Shown piece by piece: positions 38,266 to 51,577 of a DNA stretch of 64,000 bases. This DNA is from Bilabrum cf. latius (Eukaryota). The notes below the pieces were generated by a model that saw only the letters and a list, made by a program, of their open reading frames with translations, was not told where the DNA came from and made no database searches. A program made the translations under genes and the position numbers. The stretch lies in contig OZ237744.1 in assembly GCA_965178125.1 (NCBI GenBank), positions 868,001-932,000 of the forward strand, given 5' to 3'. The first letter of the stretch is position 1. Each line of letters starts with the position of its first letter.

Positions 38266-40500
38266 TGATGGCTCCGCCGCTGGGGCTGCAGAGGCAGATG
38301 GCTCAGACACACACGGCGCTTCCGATGTCACAGCTACCGACACGCCCGACACACCCACAAGGCCCGCGCACGCTCTTGACAACACATCCCCATCCCACTT
38401 CAACGGATGCCCCGCGCGGCTGCGGTCGCGCTGATCACGCAGCAACGACCACACTGACGGACCGCGACGCACAAACAGACTGCGCGCATCCTTGCCAGAC
38501 CCAAACCCACGACCGGCTCCCTCGTACATACCATGCAGCGCGTCCACATGCGCCTGTGCCTCCGACTCGCTCAGACCGTGCAGATTGTCGCCCGCCTGCA
38601 ACCGAGGACCTGCAGACCCACACACACTCTCGCCTGCAGACCCTGCCGCCGCAATAGCCGCAGAAGCACCAGCACCAGCACCAGCACCAGCACCAGCACC
38701 AGCACCAGCACCAGCACCAGCACCAGCACCAGCACCAGCACCAGCACCAGCACCAGCACCAGCACCAGCACCAGCACCAGCACCAGCACCAGCACCGGCA
38801 GACACTCCCGACTCTCCCGAAGCCGCGCCCGATGCAGCGTCTGCCCCGCTCCCCCACGCATCCACGCTCCCGCCCGACGGCTGCACATCTCCAAATGCAG
38901 AGCCAGAGACAGATCCTGATGCCGATACTGATGCCAAGGCCGCCCCAGACTCACCCTCCTCGTCTGCGCCATGCACGTCGCCGCCGCCCCCGCTGCCGTC
39001 CTCCTCGGGTGACTCCACAGCATCGCCATCGACATCGACATCGCCCCACCCTGCTGCAGCGGCTGCCGCGCCCCAACCGCCATCGTCATTTCCATCAGTC
39101 GCACCGCCGTCGCCAGGCCCTGCACCCCCGAAGCCCCCCGCATCGCCGAACGCAGCCCCCGCTGATCCCGACCCTGACTCAGAGCCCCAGCCACCCTCAC
39201 CCTCACCCTCACCGACCAACTACGACTCGCCCGATGATCCAGGCCCAAACGCATCCTCGCCAGATCCGCCCCAACCACCATCCTGCTCCGCCGTCTCCCC
39301 GCCCCATGCAGAATCAGATCCTGATGCTGCCTACGGCTCCGGCTCCGGCTCCGGCTCCGGTGATGGCTCCGCCGCTGGGGCTGCAGAGGCAGATGGCTCA
39401 GACACACACGGCGCTTCCGATGTCACAGCTACCGACACGCCCGACACACCCACAAGGCCCGCGCACGCTCGTGACAACACATCCCCATCCCACTTCAACG
39501 GATGCCCCGCGCGGCTGCGGTCGCGCTGATCACGCAGCAACGACCACACTGACGGACCGCGACGCACAAACAGACTGCGCGCATCCTTGCCAGACCCAAA
39601 CCCACGACCGGCTCCCTCGTACATACCATGCAGCGCGTCCACATGCGCCTGCGCCTCCGACTCGCTCAAACCGTGCAGATTGTCGCCCGCCTGCAACCGA
39701 GGACCTGCAGACCCACACACACTCTCGCCTGCAGACCCTGCCGCCGCGGTAGCCGCAGAAGCACCAGCACCAGCACCAGCACCAGCACCAGCACCAGCAC
39801 CAGCACCAGCACCAGCACCAGCACCAGCACCAGCACCAGCACCAGCACCAGCACCAGCACCAGCACCAGCACCAGCACCGGCACCGGCACCAGCACCAGC
39901 ACCAGCATCAGCACCAGCACCAGCACCAGCACCAGCACCAGCACCAGCACCAGCACCGGCAGACACTCCCGACTCCCCCGAAGCCGCGCCCGATGCAGCG
40001 TCTGCCCCGCTCCCCCACGCATCCACGCTCCCGCCCGACGGCTGCACATCTCCAAATGCAGAGCCAGAGACAGATCCTGATGCCGATGCCGATGCCGATG
40101 CCAAGGCCGCCCCAGACTCACCCTCCTCGTCTGCGCCATGCACGTCGCCGCCGACCCCGCTGCCGTCCTCCTCGGGTGACTCCACAGCATCGCCATCGAC
40201 ATCGACATCGCCCCACCCTGCCGCAGCGGCTGCCGCGCCCCAACCGCCATCGTCATTTCCATCAGTCGCACCGCCGTCGCCAGGCCCTGCACCCCCGAAG
40301 CCCCCCGCATCGCCGAACGCAGCCCCCGCTGATCCCGACCCTGACTCAGAGCCCCAGCCACCCTCACCCTCACCCTCACCGACCAACTACGACTCGCCCG
40401 ATGATCCAGGCCCAAACGCATCCTCGCCAGATCCGCCCCAACCACCATCCTGCTCCGCCGTCTCCCCGCCCCATGCAGAATCAGATCCTGATGCTGCCTA

Positions 40501-40533
<33 letters not shown>

Positions 40534-43500
40534 TGATGGCTCCGCCGCTGGGGCTGCAGAGGCAGATGGCTCAGACACACACGGCGCTTCCGATGTCACA
40601 GCTACCGACACGCCCGACACACCCACAAGGCCCGCGCACGCTCGTGACAACACATCCCCATCCCACTTCAACGGATGCCCCGCGCGGCTGCGGTCGCGCT
40701 GATCACGCAGCAACGACCACACTGACGGACCGCGACGCACAAACAGACTGCGCGCATCCTTGCCAGACCCAAACCCACGACCGGCTCCCTCGTACATACC
40801 ATGCAGCGCGTCCACATGCGCCTGCGCCTCCGACTCGCTCAGACCGTGCAGATTGTCGCCCGCCTGCAACCGAGGACCTGCAGACCCACACACACTCTCG
40901 CCTGCAGACCCTGCCGCCGCAGTAGCCGCAGAAGCACCAGCACCAGCACCAGCACCAGCACCAGCACCAGCACCAGCACCGGCAGACACTCCCGACTCTC
41001 CCGAAGCCGCGCCCGATGCAGCGTCTGCCCCGCTCCCCCACGCATCCACGCTCCCTCCCGACGGCTGCACATCTCCAAATGCAGAGCCAGAGACAGATCC
41101 TGATACCGATGCCGATGCCGATGCCAAGGCCGCCCCAGACTCACCCTCCTCGTCTGCGCCATGCACGTCGCCGCCGCCCCCGCTGCCGTCCTCCTCGGGT
41201 GACTCCACAGCATCGCCATCGACATCGACATCGCCCCACCCTGCCGCAGCGGCTGCCGCGCCCCAACCGCCATCGTCATTTCCATCAGTCGCACCGCCGT
41301 CGCCAGACCCTGCACCCCCGAAGCCCCCCGCATCGCCGAACGCAGCCCCCGCTGATCCCGACCCTGACTCAGGGCCCCAGCCACCCTCACCCTCACCCTC
41401 ACCGACCAACTACGACTCGCCCGATGATCCAGGCCCAAACGCATCCTCGCCAGATCCGCCCCAACCACCATCCTGCTCCGCCGTGTCCCCGCCCCATGCA
41501 GAATCAGATCCTGATGCTGCCTACGGCTCCGGCTCCGGCTCCGGCTCCGGTGATGGCTCCGCCGCTGGGGCTGCAGAGGCAGATGGCTCAGACACACACG
41601 GCGCCTCCGATGTCACAGCTACCGACACGCCCGACACACCCACAAGGCCCGCGCACGCTCGTGACAACACATCCCCATCCCACTTCAACGGATGCCCCGC
41701 GCGGCTGCGGTCGCGCTGATCACGCAGCAACGACCACACTGACGGACCGCGACGCACAAACAGACTGCGCGCATCCTTGCCAGACCCAAACCCACGACCG
41801 GCTCCCTCGTACATACCATGCAGCGCGTCCACATGCGCCTGCGCCTCCGACTCGCTCAAACCGTGCAGATTGTCGCCCGCCTGCAACCGAGGACCTGCAG
41901 ACCCACACACACTCTCGCCTGCAGACCCTGCCGCCGCGGTAGCCGCAGAAGCACCAGCACCAGCACCAGCACCGGCAAACACTCCCGACTCTCCCGAAGC
42001 CGCGCCCGATGCAGCGTCTGCCCCGCTCCCCTACGCATCCACGCTCCCGCCCGACGGCTGCACATCTCCAAATGCAGAGCCAGAGACAGATCCTGATGCC
42101 GATGCCGATGCCAAGGCCGCCCCAGACTCACCCTCCTCGTCTGCGCCATGCACGTCGCCGCCGCCCCCGCTGCCGTCCTCCTCGGGTGACTCCACAGCAT
42201 CGCCATCGACATCGACATCGCCCCACCCTGCTGCAGCGGCTGCCGCGCCCCAACCGCCATCGTCATTTCCATCAGTCGCACCGCCGTCGCCAGGCCCTGC
42301 ACCCCCGAAGCCCCCCGCATCGCCGAACGCAGCCCCCGCTGATCCCGACCCTGACTCAGGGCCCCAGCCACCCCCACCCTCACCCTCACCGACCAACTAC
42401 GACTCGCCCGATGATCCAGGCCCAAACGCATCCTCGCCAGATCCGCCCCAACCACCATCCTGCTCCGCCGTCTCCCCGCCCCATGCAGAATCAGATCCTG
42501 ATGCTGCCTACGGCTCCGGCTCCGGCTCCGGTGATGGCTCCGCCGCTGGGGCTGCAGAGGCAGATGGCTCAGACACACACGGCGCTTCCGATGTCACAGC
42601 TACCGACACGCCCGACACACCCACAAGGCCCGCGCACGCTCGTGACAACACATCCCCATCCCACTTCAACGGATGCCCCGCGCGGCTGCGGTCGCGCTGA
42701 TCACGCAGCAACGACCACACTGACGGACCGCGACGCACAAACAGACTGCGCGCATCCTTGCCAGACCCAAACCCACGACCGGCTCCCTCGTACATACCAT
42801 GCAGCGCGTCCACATGCGCCTGCGCCTCCGACTCGCTCAGACCGTGCAGATTGTCGCCCGCCTGCAACCGAGGACCTGCAGACCCACACACACTCTCGCC
42901 TGCAGACCCTGCCGCCGCAGTAGCCGCAGAAGCACCAGCACCAGCACCAGCACCAGCACCAGCACCAGCACCAGCACCAGCACCAGCACCAGCACCAGCA
43001 CCGGCAGACCCTCCCGACTCTCCCGAAGCCGCGCCCGATGCAGCGTCTGCCCCGCTCCCCCACGCATCCACGCTCCCTCCCGACGGCTGCACATCTCCAA
43101 ATGCAGAGCCAGAGACAGATCCTGATACCGATGCCGATGCCGATGCCAAGGCCGCCCCAGACTCACCCTCCTCGTCTGCGCCATGCACGTCGCCGCCGAC
43201 CCCGCTGCCGTCCTCCTCGGGTGACTCCACAGCATCGCCATCGACATCGACATCGCCCCACCCTGCCGCAGCGGCTGCCGCGCCCCAACCGCCATCGTCA
43301 TTTCCATCAGTCGCACCGCCGTCGCCAGACCCTGCACCCCCGAAGCCCCCCGCATCGCCGAACGCAGCCCCCGCTGATCCCGACCCTGACTCAGAGCCCC
43401 AGCCACCCTCACCCTCACCCTCACCGACCAACTACGACTCGCCCGATGATCCAGGCCCAAACGCATCCTCGCCAGATCCGCCCCAACCACCATCCTGCTC

Positions 43501-43545
43501 CGCCGTCTCCCCGCCCCATGCAGAATCAGATCCTGATGCTGCCTA

Positions 43546-43578
<33 letters not shown>

Positions 43579-46500
43579 TGATGGCTCCGCCGCTGGGGCT
43601 GCAGAGGCAGATGGCTCAGACACACACGGCGCCTCCGATGTCACAGCTACCGACACGCCCGACACACCCACAAGGCCCGCGCACGCTCGTGACAACACAT
43701 CCCCATCCCACTTCAACGGATGCCCCGCGCGGCTGCGGTCGCGCTGATCACGCAGCAACGACCACACTGACGGACCGCGACGCACAAACAGACTGCGCGC
43801 ATCCTTGCCAGACCCAAACCCACGACCGGCTCCCTCGTACATACCATGCAGCGCGTCCACATGCGCCTGCGCCTCCGACTCGCTCAAACCGTGCAGATTG
43901 TCGCCCGCCTGCAACCGAGGACCTGCAGACCCACACACACTCTCGCCTGCAGACCCTGCCGCCGCGGTAGCCGCAGAAGCACCAGCATCAGCACCAGCAC
44001 CAGCACCAGCACCAGCACCGGCACCGGCACCGGCAGACACTCCCGACTCCCCCGAAGCCGCGCCCGATGCAGCGTCTGCCCCGCCCCCCCACGCATCCAC
44101 GCTCCCGCCCGACGGCTGCACATCTCCAAATGCAGAGCCAGAGACAGATCCTGATGCCGATGCCGATACTGATGCCAAGGCCGCCCCAGACTCACCCTCC
44201 TCGTCTGCGCCATGCACGTCGCCGCCGACCCCGCTGCCGTCCTCCTCGGGTGACTCCACAGCATCGCCATCGACATCGACATCGCCCCACCCTGCCGCAG
44301 CGGCTGCCGCGCCCCAACCGCCATCGTCATTTCCATCAGTCGCACCGCCGTCGCCAGACCCTGCACCCCCGAAGCCCCCCGCATCGCCGAACGCAGCCCC
44401 CGCTGATCCCGACCCTGACTCAGAGCCCCAGCCACCCTCACCCTCACCCTCACCGACCAACTACGACTCGCCCGATGATCCAGGCCCAAACGCATCCTCG
44501 CCAGATCCGCCCCAACCACCATCCTGCTCCGCCGTCTCCCCGCCCCATGCAGAATCAGATCCTGATGCTGCCTACGGCTCCGGCTCCGGCTCCGGCTCCG
44601 GTGATGGCTCCGCCGCTGGGGCTGCAGAGGCAGATGGCTCAGACACACACGGCGCTTCCGATGTCACAGCTACCGACACGCCCGACACACCCACAAGGCC
44701 CGCGCACGCTCGTGACAACACATCCCCATCCCACTTCAACGGATGCCCCGCGCGGCTGCGGTCGCGCTGATCACGCAGCAACGACCACACTGACGGACCG
44801 CGACGCACAAACAGACTGCGCGCATCCTTGCCAGACCCAAACCCACGACCGGCTCCCTCGTACATACCATGCAGCGCGTCCACATGCGCCTGCGCCTCCG
44901 ACTCGCTCAAACCGTGCAGATTGTCGCCCGCCTGCAACCGAGGACCTGCAGACCCACACACACTCTCGCCTGCAGACCCTGCCGCCGCGGTAGCCGCAGA
45001 AGCACCAGCACCAGCACCAGCACCAGCACCAGCACCAGCACCAGCACCAGCACCAGCACCAGCACCAGCACCAGCACCGGCACCGGCAGACACTCCCGAC
45101 TCCCCCGAAGCCGCGCCCGATGCAGCGTCTGCCCCGCTCCCCCACGCATCCACACTCCCGCCCGACGGCTGCACATCTCCAAATGCAGAGCCAGAGACAG
45201 ATCCTGATGCCGATGCCGATGCCAAGGCCGCCCCAGACTCACCCTCCTCGTCTGCGCCATGCACGTCGCCGCCGCCCCCGCTGCCGTCCTCCTCGGGTGA
45301 CTCCACAGCATCGCCATCGACATCGACATCGCCCCACCCTGCCGCAGCGGCTGCCGCGCCCCAACCGCCATCGTCATTTCCATCAGTCGCACCGCCGTCG
45401 CCAGGCCCTGCACCCCCGAAGCCCCCCGCATCGCCGAACGCAGCCCCCGCTGATCCCGACCCTGACTCAGAGCCCCAGCCACCCTCACCCTCACCCTCAC
45501 CGACCAACTACGACTCGCCCGATGATCCAGGCCCAAACGCATCCTCGCCAGATCCGCCCCAACCACCATCCTGCTCCGCCGTCTCCCCGCCCCATGCAGA
45601 ATCAGATCCTGATGCTGCCTACGGCTCCGGCTCCGGCTCCGGCTCCGGTGATGGCTCCGCCGCTGGGGCTGCAGAGGCAGATGGCTCAGACACACACGGC
45701 GCTTCCGATGTCACAGCTACCGACACGCCCGACACACCCACAAGGCCCGCGCACGCTCGTGACAACACATCCCCATCCCACTTCAACGGATGCCCCGCGC
45801 GGCTGCGGTCGCGCTGATCACGCAGCAACGACCACACTGACGGACCGCGACGCACAAACAGACTGCGCGCATCCTTGCCAGACCCAAACCCACGACCGGC
45901 TCCCTCGTACATACCATGCAGCGCGTCCACATGCGCCTGCGCCTCCGACTCGCTCAAACCGTGCAGATTGTCGCCCGCCTGCAACCGAGGACCTGCAGAC
46001 CCACACACACTCTCGCCTGCAGACCCTGCCGCCGCGGTAGCCGCAGAAGCACCAGCACCAGCACCAGCACCGGCAGACCCTCCCGACTCTCCCGAAGCCG
46101 CGCCCGATGCAGCGTCTGCCCCGCTCCCCCACGCATCCACGCTCCCGCCCGACGGCTGCACATCTCCAAATGCAGAGCCAGAGACAGATCCTGATGCCGA
46201 TGCCGATGCCAAGGCCGCCCCAGACTCACCCTCCTCGTCTGCGCCATGCACGTCGCCGCCGCCCCCGCTGCCGTCCTCCTCGGGTGACTCCACAGCATCG
46301 CCATCGACATCGACATCGCCCCACCCTGCCGCAGCGGCTGCCGCGCCCCAACCGCCATCGTCATTTCCATCAGTCGCACCGCCGTCGCCAGACCCTGCAC
46401 CCCCGAAGCCCCCCGCTGATCCCGACCCTGACTCAGAGCCCCAGCCACCCTCACCCTCACCCTCACCGACCAACTACGACTCGCCCGATGATCCAGGCCC

Positions 46501-49500
46501 AAACGCATCCTCGCCAGATCCGCCCCAACCACCATCCTGCTCCGCCGTCTCCCCGCCCCATGCAGAATCAGATCCTGATGCTGCCTACGGCTCCGGCTCC
46601 GGCTCCGGCTCCGGTGATGGCTCCGCCGCTGGGGCTGCAGAGGCAGATGGCTCAGACACACACGGCGCTTCCGATGTCACAGCTACCGACACGCCCGACA
46701 CACCCACAAGGCCCGCGCACGCTCGTGACAACACATCCCCATCCCACTTCAACGGATGCCCCGCACGGCTGCGGTCGCGCTGATCACGCAGCAACGACCA
46801 CACTGACGGACCGCGACGCACAAACAGACTGCGCGCATCCTTGCCAGACCCAAACCCACGACCGGCTCCCTCGTACATACCATGCAGCGCGTCCACATGC
46901 GCCTGCGCCTCCGACTCGCTCAGACCGTGCAGATTGTCGCCCGCCTGCAACCGAGGACCTGCAGACCCACACACACTCTCGCCTGCAGACCCTGCCGCCG
47001 CGGTAGCCGCAGAAGCACCAGCACCAGCACCAGCACCAGCACCAGCACCAGCACCAGCACCAGCACCAGCACCAACACCAGCATCAGCACCAGCACCAGC
47101 ACCAGCACCAGCACCAGCACCAGCACCGGCAGACACTCCCGACTCTCCCGAAGCCGCGCCCGATGCAGCGTCTGCCCCGCTCCCCCACGCATCCACGCTC
47201 CCGCCCGACGGCTGCACATCTCCAAATGCAGAGCCAGAGACAGATCCTGATGCCGATGCCGATGCCAAGGCCGCCCCAGACTCACCCTCCTCGTCTGCGC
47301 CATGCACGTCGCCGCCGCCCCCGCTGCCGTCCTCCTCGGGTGACTCCACAGCATCGCCATCGACATCGACATCGCCCCACCCTGCCGCAGCGGCTGCCGC
47401 GCCCCAACCGCCATCGTCATTTCCATCAGTCGCACCGCCGTCGCCAGACCCTGCACCCCCGAAGCCCCCCGCTGATCCCGACCCTGACTCAGGGCCCCAG
47501 CCACCCCCACCCTCACCCTCACCGACCAACTACGACTCGCCCGATGATCCAGGCCCAAACGCATCCTCGCCAGATCCGCCCCAACCACCATCCTGCTCCG
47601 CCGTCTCCCCGCCCCATGCAGAATCAGATCCTGATGCTGCCTACGGCTCCGGCTCCGGCTCCGGTGATGGCTCCGCCGCTGGGGCTGCAGAGGCAGATGG
47701 CTCAGACACACACGGCGCTTCCGATGTCACAGCTACCGACACGCCCGACACACCCACAAGGCCCGCGCACGCTCGTGACAACACATCCCCATCCCACTTC
47801 AACGGATGCCCCGCACGGCTGCGGTCGCGCTGATCACGCAGCAACGACCACACTGACGGACCGCGACGCACAAACAGACTGCGCGCATCCTTGCCAGACC
47901 CAAACCCACGACCGGCTCCCTCGTACATACCATGCAGCGCGTCCACATGCGCCTGCGCCTCCGACTCGCTCAGACCGTGCAGATTGTCGCCCGCCTGCAA
48001 CCGAGGACCTGCAGACCCACACACACTCTCGCCTGCAGACCCTGCCGCCGCAGTAGCCGCAGAAGCACCAGCACCAGCACCAGCACCAGCACCAGCACCA
48101 GCACCAGCACCAGCACCAGCACCAGCATCAGCACCAGCACCAGCACCAGCACCAGCACCAGCACCGGCAGACACTCCCGACTCTCCCGAAGCCGCGCCCG
48201 ATGCAGCGTCTGCCCCGCTCCCCCACGCATCCACGCTCCCGCCCGACGGCTGCACATCTCCAAATGCAGAGCCAGAGACAGATCCTGATGCCGATGCCGA
48301 TGCCAAGGCCGCCCCAGACTCACCCTCCTCGTCTGCGCCATGCACGTCGCCGCCGCCCCCGCTGCCGTCCTCCTCGGGTGACTCCACAGCATCGCCATCG
48401 ACATCGACATCGCCCCACCCTGCCGCAGCGGCTGCCGCGCCCCAACCGCCATCGTCATTTCCATCAGTCGCACCGCCGTCGCCAGACCCTGCACCCCCGA
48501 AGCCCCCCGCATCGCCGAACGCAGCCCCCGCTGATCCCGACCCTGACTCAGAGCCCCAGCCACCCTCACCCTCACCCTCACCGACCAACTACGACTCGCC
48601 CGATGATCCAGGCCCAAACGCATCCTCGCCAGATCCGCCCCAACCACCATCCTGCTCCGCCGTCTCCCCGCCCCATGCAGAATCAGATCCTGATGCTGCC
48701 TACGGCTCCGGCTCCGGCTCCGGCTCCGGTGATGGCTCCGCCGCTGGGGCTGCAGAGGCAGATGGCTCAGACACACACGGCGCTTCCGATGTCACAGCTA
48801 CCGACACGCCCGACACACCCACAAGGCCCGCGCACGCTCGTGACAACACATCCCCATCCCACTTCAACGGATGCCCCGCGCGGCTGCGGTCGCGCTGATC
48901 ACGCAGCAACGACCACACTGACGGACCGCGACGCACAAACAGACTGCGCGCATCCTTGCCAGACCCAAACCCACGACCGGCTCCCTCGTACATACCATGC
49001 AGCGCGTCCACATGCGCCTGTGCCTCCGACTCGCTCAGACCGTGCAGATTGTCGCCCGGTCGGATGCTCGGTGGCGGTGGTGAAACTGGACTCTCGCCCG
49101 TGCCTCCAGACTACGCTCTGTCAGGCTACACACCATCAGAATATGACGTTCTAGGCTGTAGGCCATTGAACAAGCTCGGCTGGGGGGCTATTCTAGGGTT
49201 CTCTGGTGGGTCCTCTGACCACAGCCTGCAGGACTCAATAATTGCACGTGGTGGAGTCCACGAAGATCGAGTGGGCGCAGGTATCAACGAGTCGCCGAGT
49301 GATTCATCGATGCTCTGCTTCGATTCAGTCGCCGGTTGCGCAGCAGTGCCTTCCTTTGGTGCTAGGCTGCCGCTGGCAGTCGCTACGGTGGCGCTGGTGG
49401 CAGCCACAAGCTCAGTTCGCTGCGAAACACGCAGCAGCTCTGCTCGCAGTTCAGCCGTCCAGGGCAGCTAGCCGGCGTGGGAGAAGTGAACGATCTCGCA

Positions 49501-50538
49501 CTGAACTTCACCTGGAGCTAGAGATTCAAGTGACACAAGCGGTAGAGGAGGCCGAGACCGGCGCGATCCGGCTTGACTTCGACTTGGAGCTGTCTCTTGA
49601 CCGGCTCCGCGGTGAGCCGTGCATGCTACCGGGGCTTGGTCCGATTTGGCGACACGATTCAACTTGTTCTAGCGATGTTTGTCGCAGTGCCGAAATAAAG
49701 CTCTACTAATGAGTTCGTCCGGGGCGCACTGCACGAGCTGTTCGCTTTGCTTTGGACCCAGCCCACCAGTGGAGCCAATCTGCAGTTCGCTGATGGATAC
49801 TAGGGCATCTCCACCTCGCAAAACATGACCGAACGCGACAGAACGGCCCTGCAATTCCCTATTCGGCTTCAGAGATACAATAAAGGAGCTCCTGTTATCA
49901 TGTGGCCCAGACTGGGCCATAAACACGGTTCCTGAATGTGCTGTTGAAACTGCGTGGTTCTCATCATCGAACGACGAGCGCCATACTGCTCCTAAACGCC
50001 CTGGACCCCGGGAATCATTTACTGCGCACTCTCCACCGCGGCCAGCTAGGCCATGGACATCCCCAGCTGCAACATACTCGCCTGGCATAGCAGCATACAC
50101 TCCGCTGCCCTGCTGAACGTACGACCTGCGACGCGATTCAAACCCTTTGCCCTTGCAAGATCCGTAACCAAGACCAAGGTTTACAAAATTTTCGGCTGAT
50201 ATTGGACATACGTCGCTACGGAGGACCAGTCGCACCGGCAAACAAGCAACAAGTCCCGGGCCAACTGCGACACCCAACACAAGGTCCACTATATCCACAA
50301 CAGGTAGCCGAATCACTCTCCCTGGGGGAACAACAGCAGTAAATTCATCGCGTGATTCACTGCCGCTCTTCAATACTTCCATTGCTAACGCTGCTCCATT
50401 GAGCTTGCCCCCGGGTTCAAACGAATCTGAAGGCTGACCTCGCTTGTCTGTCTGCGATGGTCGCCCTGCATGTCTGGCAGCAGAAGAAGCCACAGTCCTG
50501 CTTCCTGTTGACGCAATACCTTTGATCCTCCGAGGCAT
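35590..50538 (-). CDS. Giant (~4982 aa) protein: N-terminal degenerate cyclophilin domain followed by 12 tandem ~320-390 aa Gly/Ala/Ser/acidic WG-rich repeats
   Basis: All minus-strand pieces from 49669..50538 down to 35590..36213 share one frame and are separated only by TAG. Cyclophilin motifs: CPISAENF, FDDEN, GTVFMAQSGPHDNRSSF, VAFGHV and HAG*L. Ends in TGA. Confidence 0.8.
36301..49057. repeat. Coding tandem array: 12 full units of 966-1173 bp plus a partial 13th, with nested (GCACCA)n, (GGCTCC)n, (GATGCC)n and (CCCTCA)n hexamer repeats
   Basis: Near-identical units. Periods between equivalent positions: 978, 1071, 1095, 1173, 1017, 981, 1047, 1023, 1047, 966, 1050 and 1065 bp, all multiples of 3. 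Confidence 0.98.
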
Positions 50539-50728
50539 AGTATAATCTGCAAAGGAAAAGAAATGAATCTGCCACAGGGACCGATAAAGGAACCCGAGCG
50601 AACCACGGCGGAACCGCCGGCCGGGCTCCTGTGGTGAGTGACCTCATGAGGCGTCTCAGAGCTGACGAATGCCTTGGGTGCGAATATCAATAATTTTCGT
50701 TCAGAGTGCTGCAAGAACACCGTACAGA

Positions 50729-51577
50729 TCAACCAGTTCGCGGCCTCTTCGCAGCTGGTGGTCCGGGGGATTGCTCCGCTCCCGCAGCGTGACTGGGCCC
50801 ATTGGGGGCACTACCTTGAGCAGATGCCGACTGCTGCAATGCACTGAACCGAACACCAGGCTTCGAGGCGGCCAGACTGCCACTAGAGCTGCCCGCGTTA
50901 CCCGCCGCGAGAGGAGCCTGATCGGCTCCAGACATCGAGGCACTGCCAGTGGCAGCCCCATGTCCTAGACCAGAGCTAGAGCTCGATGCTGTCGTTGTAG
51001 GCGCTGATCCGTCACGGTGGCCATGTGCACCTCCCCTCGCTTGTTCCCCGCTGCCCTCTGGCGTGCGGTGAGGCTGATGCTCGTGCTACTATCCCGAGCC
51101 GACGCCGTACGAGGCAGTTGCAGCCTGCTACGCGGGTCGTCTCACTTTGGACATTGACACGGACACGTCCTGCTCTTCTTCGTCGACACCCGTCCATTCA
51201 GGGCGTACGATAGATCCAGTTGTGTGGTCTTTCGATGCTCGATCTGCCGCTTCCAGCACATGTGGCGCATGAGACATAGGCGCCTCAAAACAGTCTCTAT
51301 CGAGAACACCACCTCTAACAGCAGCAAAGTTAACTGCTCCAACAGTCACAGATTCAAGATGGTCAACCACGATGTTCGAGAGAGCATCGAGAGCATCTCT
51401 TCGAGGCGTGCGCGAATCTCCAAGCCCGAACATGATACGGCGCAAGACCGGATACAGCCCGTCCGCTACCGAAAGTCGATCGACGGCATGCACACCGGGC
51501 TAGTCCAGCCTGCTTTGGAATAGGGTGTCTTCAGATTGAACCTGCCGCTACAAGGATTTTAAGTCTGCCTTTCGCAT
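50729..51577 (-). CDS. TAF13: TAF13/SPT3-family (TFIID-18kDa) histone-fold protein with low-complexity tail
   Basis: LRRIMFGLGDSRTPRRDALDALSNIVVDHL resembles TAF13 LRCMMYGFGDDQNPYTESVDILEDLVIEFI. TAG read-through links ATG 51577 to an NLS-like end PAAKRPRTG-TGA. Confidence 0.7.

Noticed and set aside
36443-48898. Twelve tandem Pro/Ala-rich + strand genes (MPDPNPRP...RLRSR)
   Set aside because: They start at TTG, each ends in TGA with almost no spacer, and they are the antisense of the continuous minus-strand frame.
36301-49057. CRISPR array or transposon-derived satellite
   Set aside because: No repeat-spacer structure, terminal repeats, transposase or RT motifs. It is a coding tandem repeat in a eukaryotic gene.
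36261-49169. A + strand frame (MQRLPRSP...HQHQHQ) that is also open across the array if TAG is read
   Set aside because: It extends hardly beyond the repeat, has no recognisable domain and has an unnatural composition. An open shadow frame in one GC-rich unit is simply copied with the array. Strand-specific RNA-seq would settle it.
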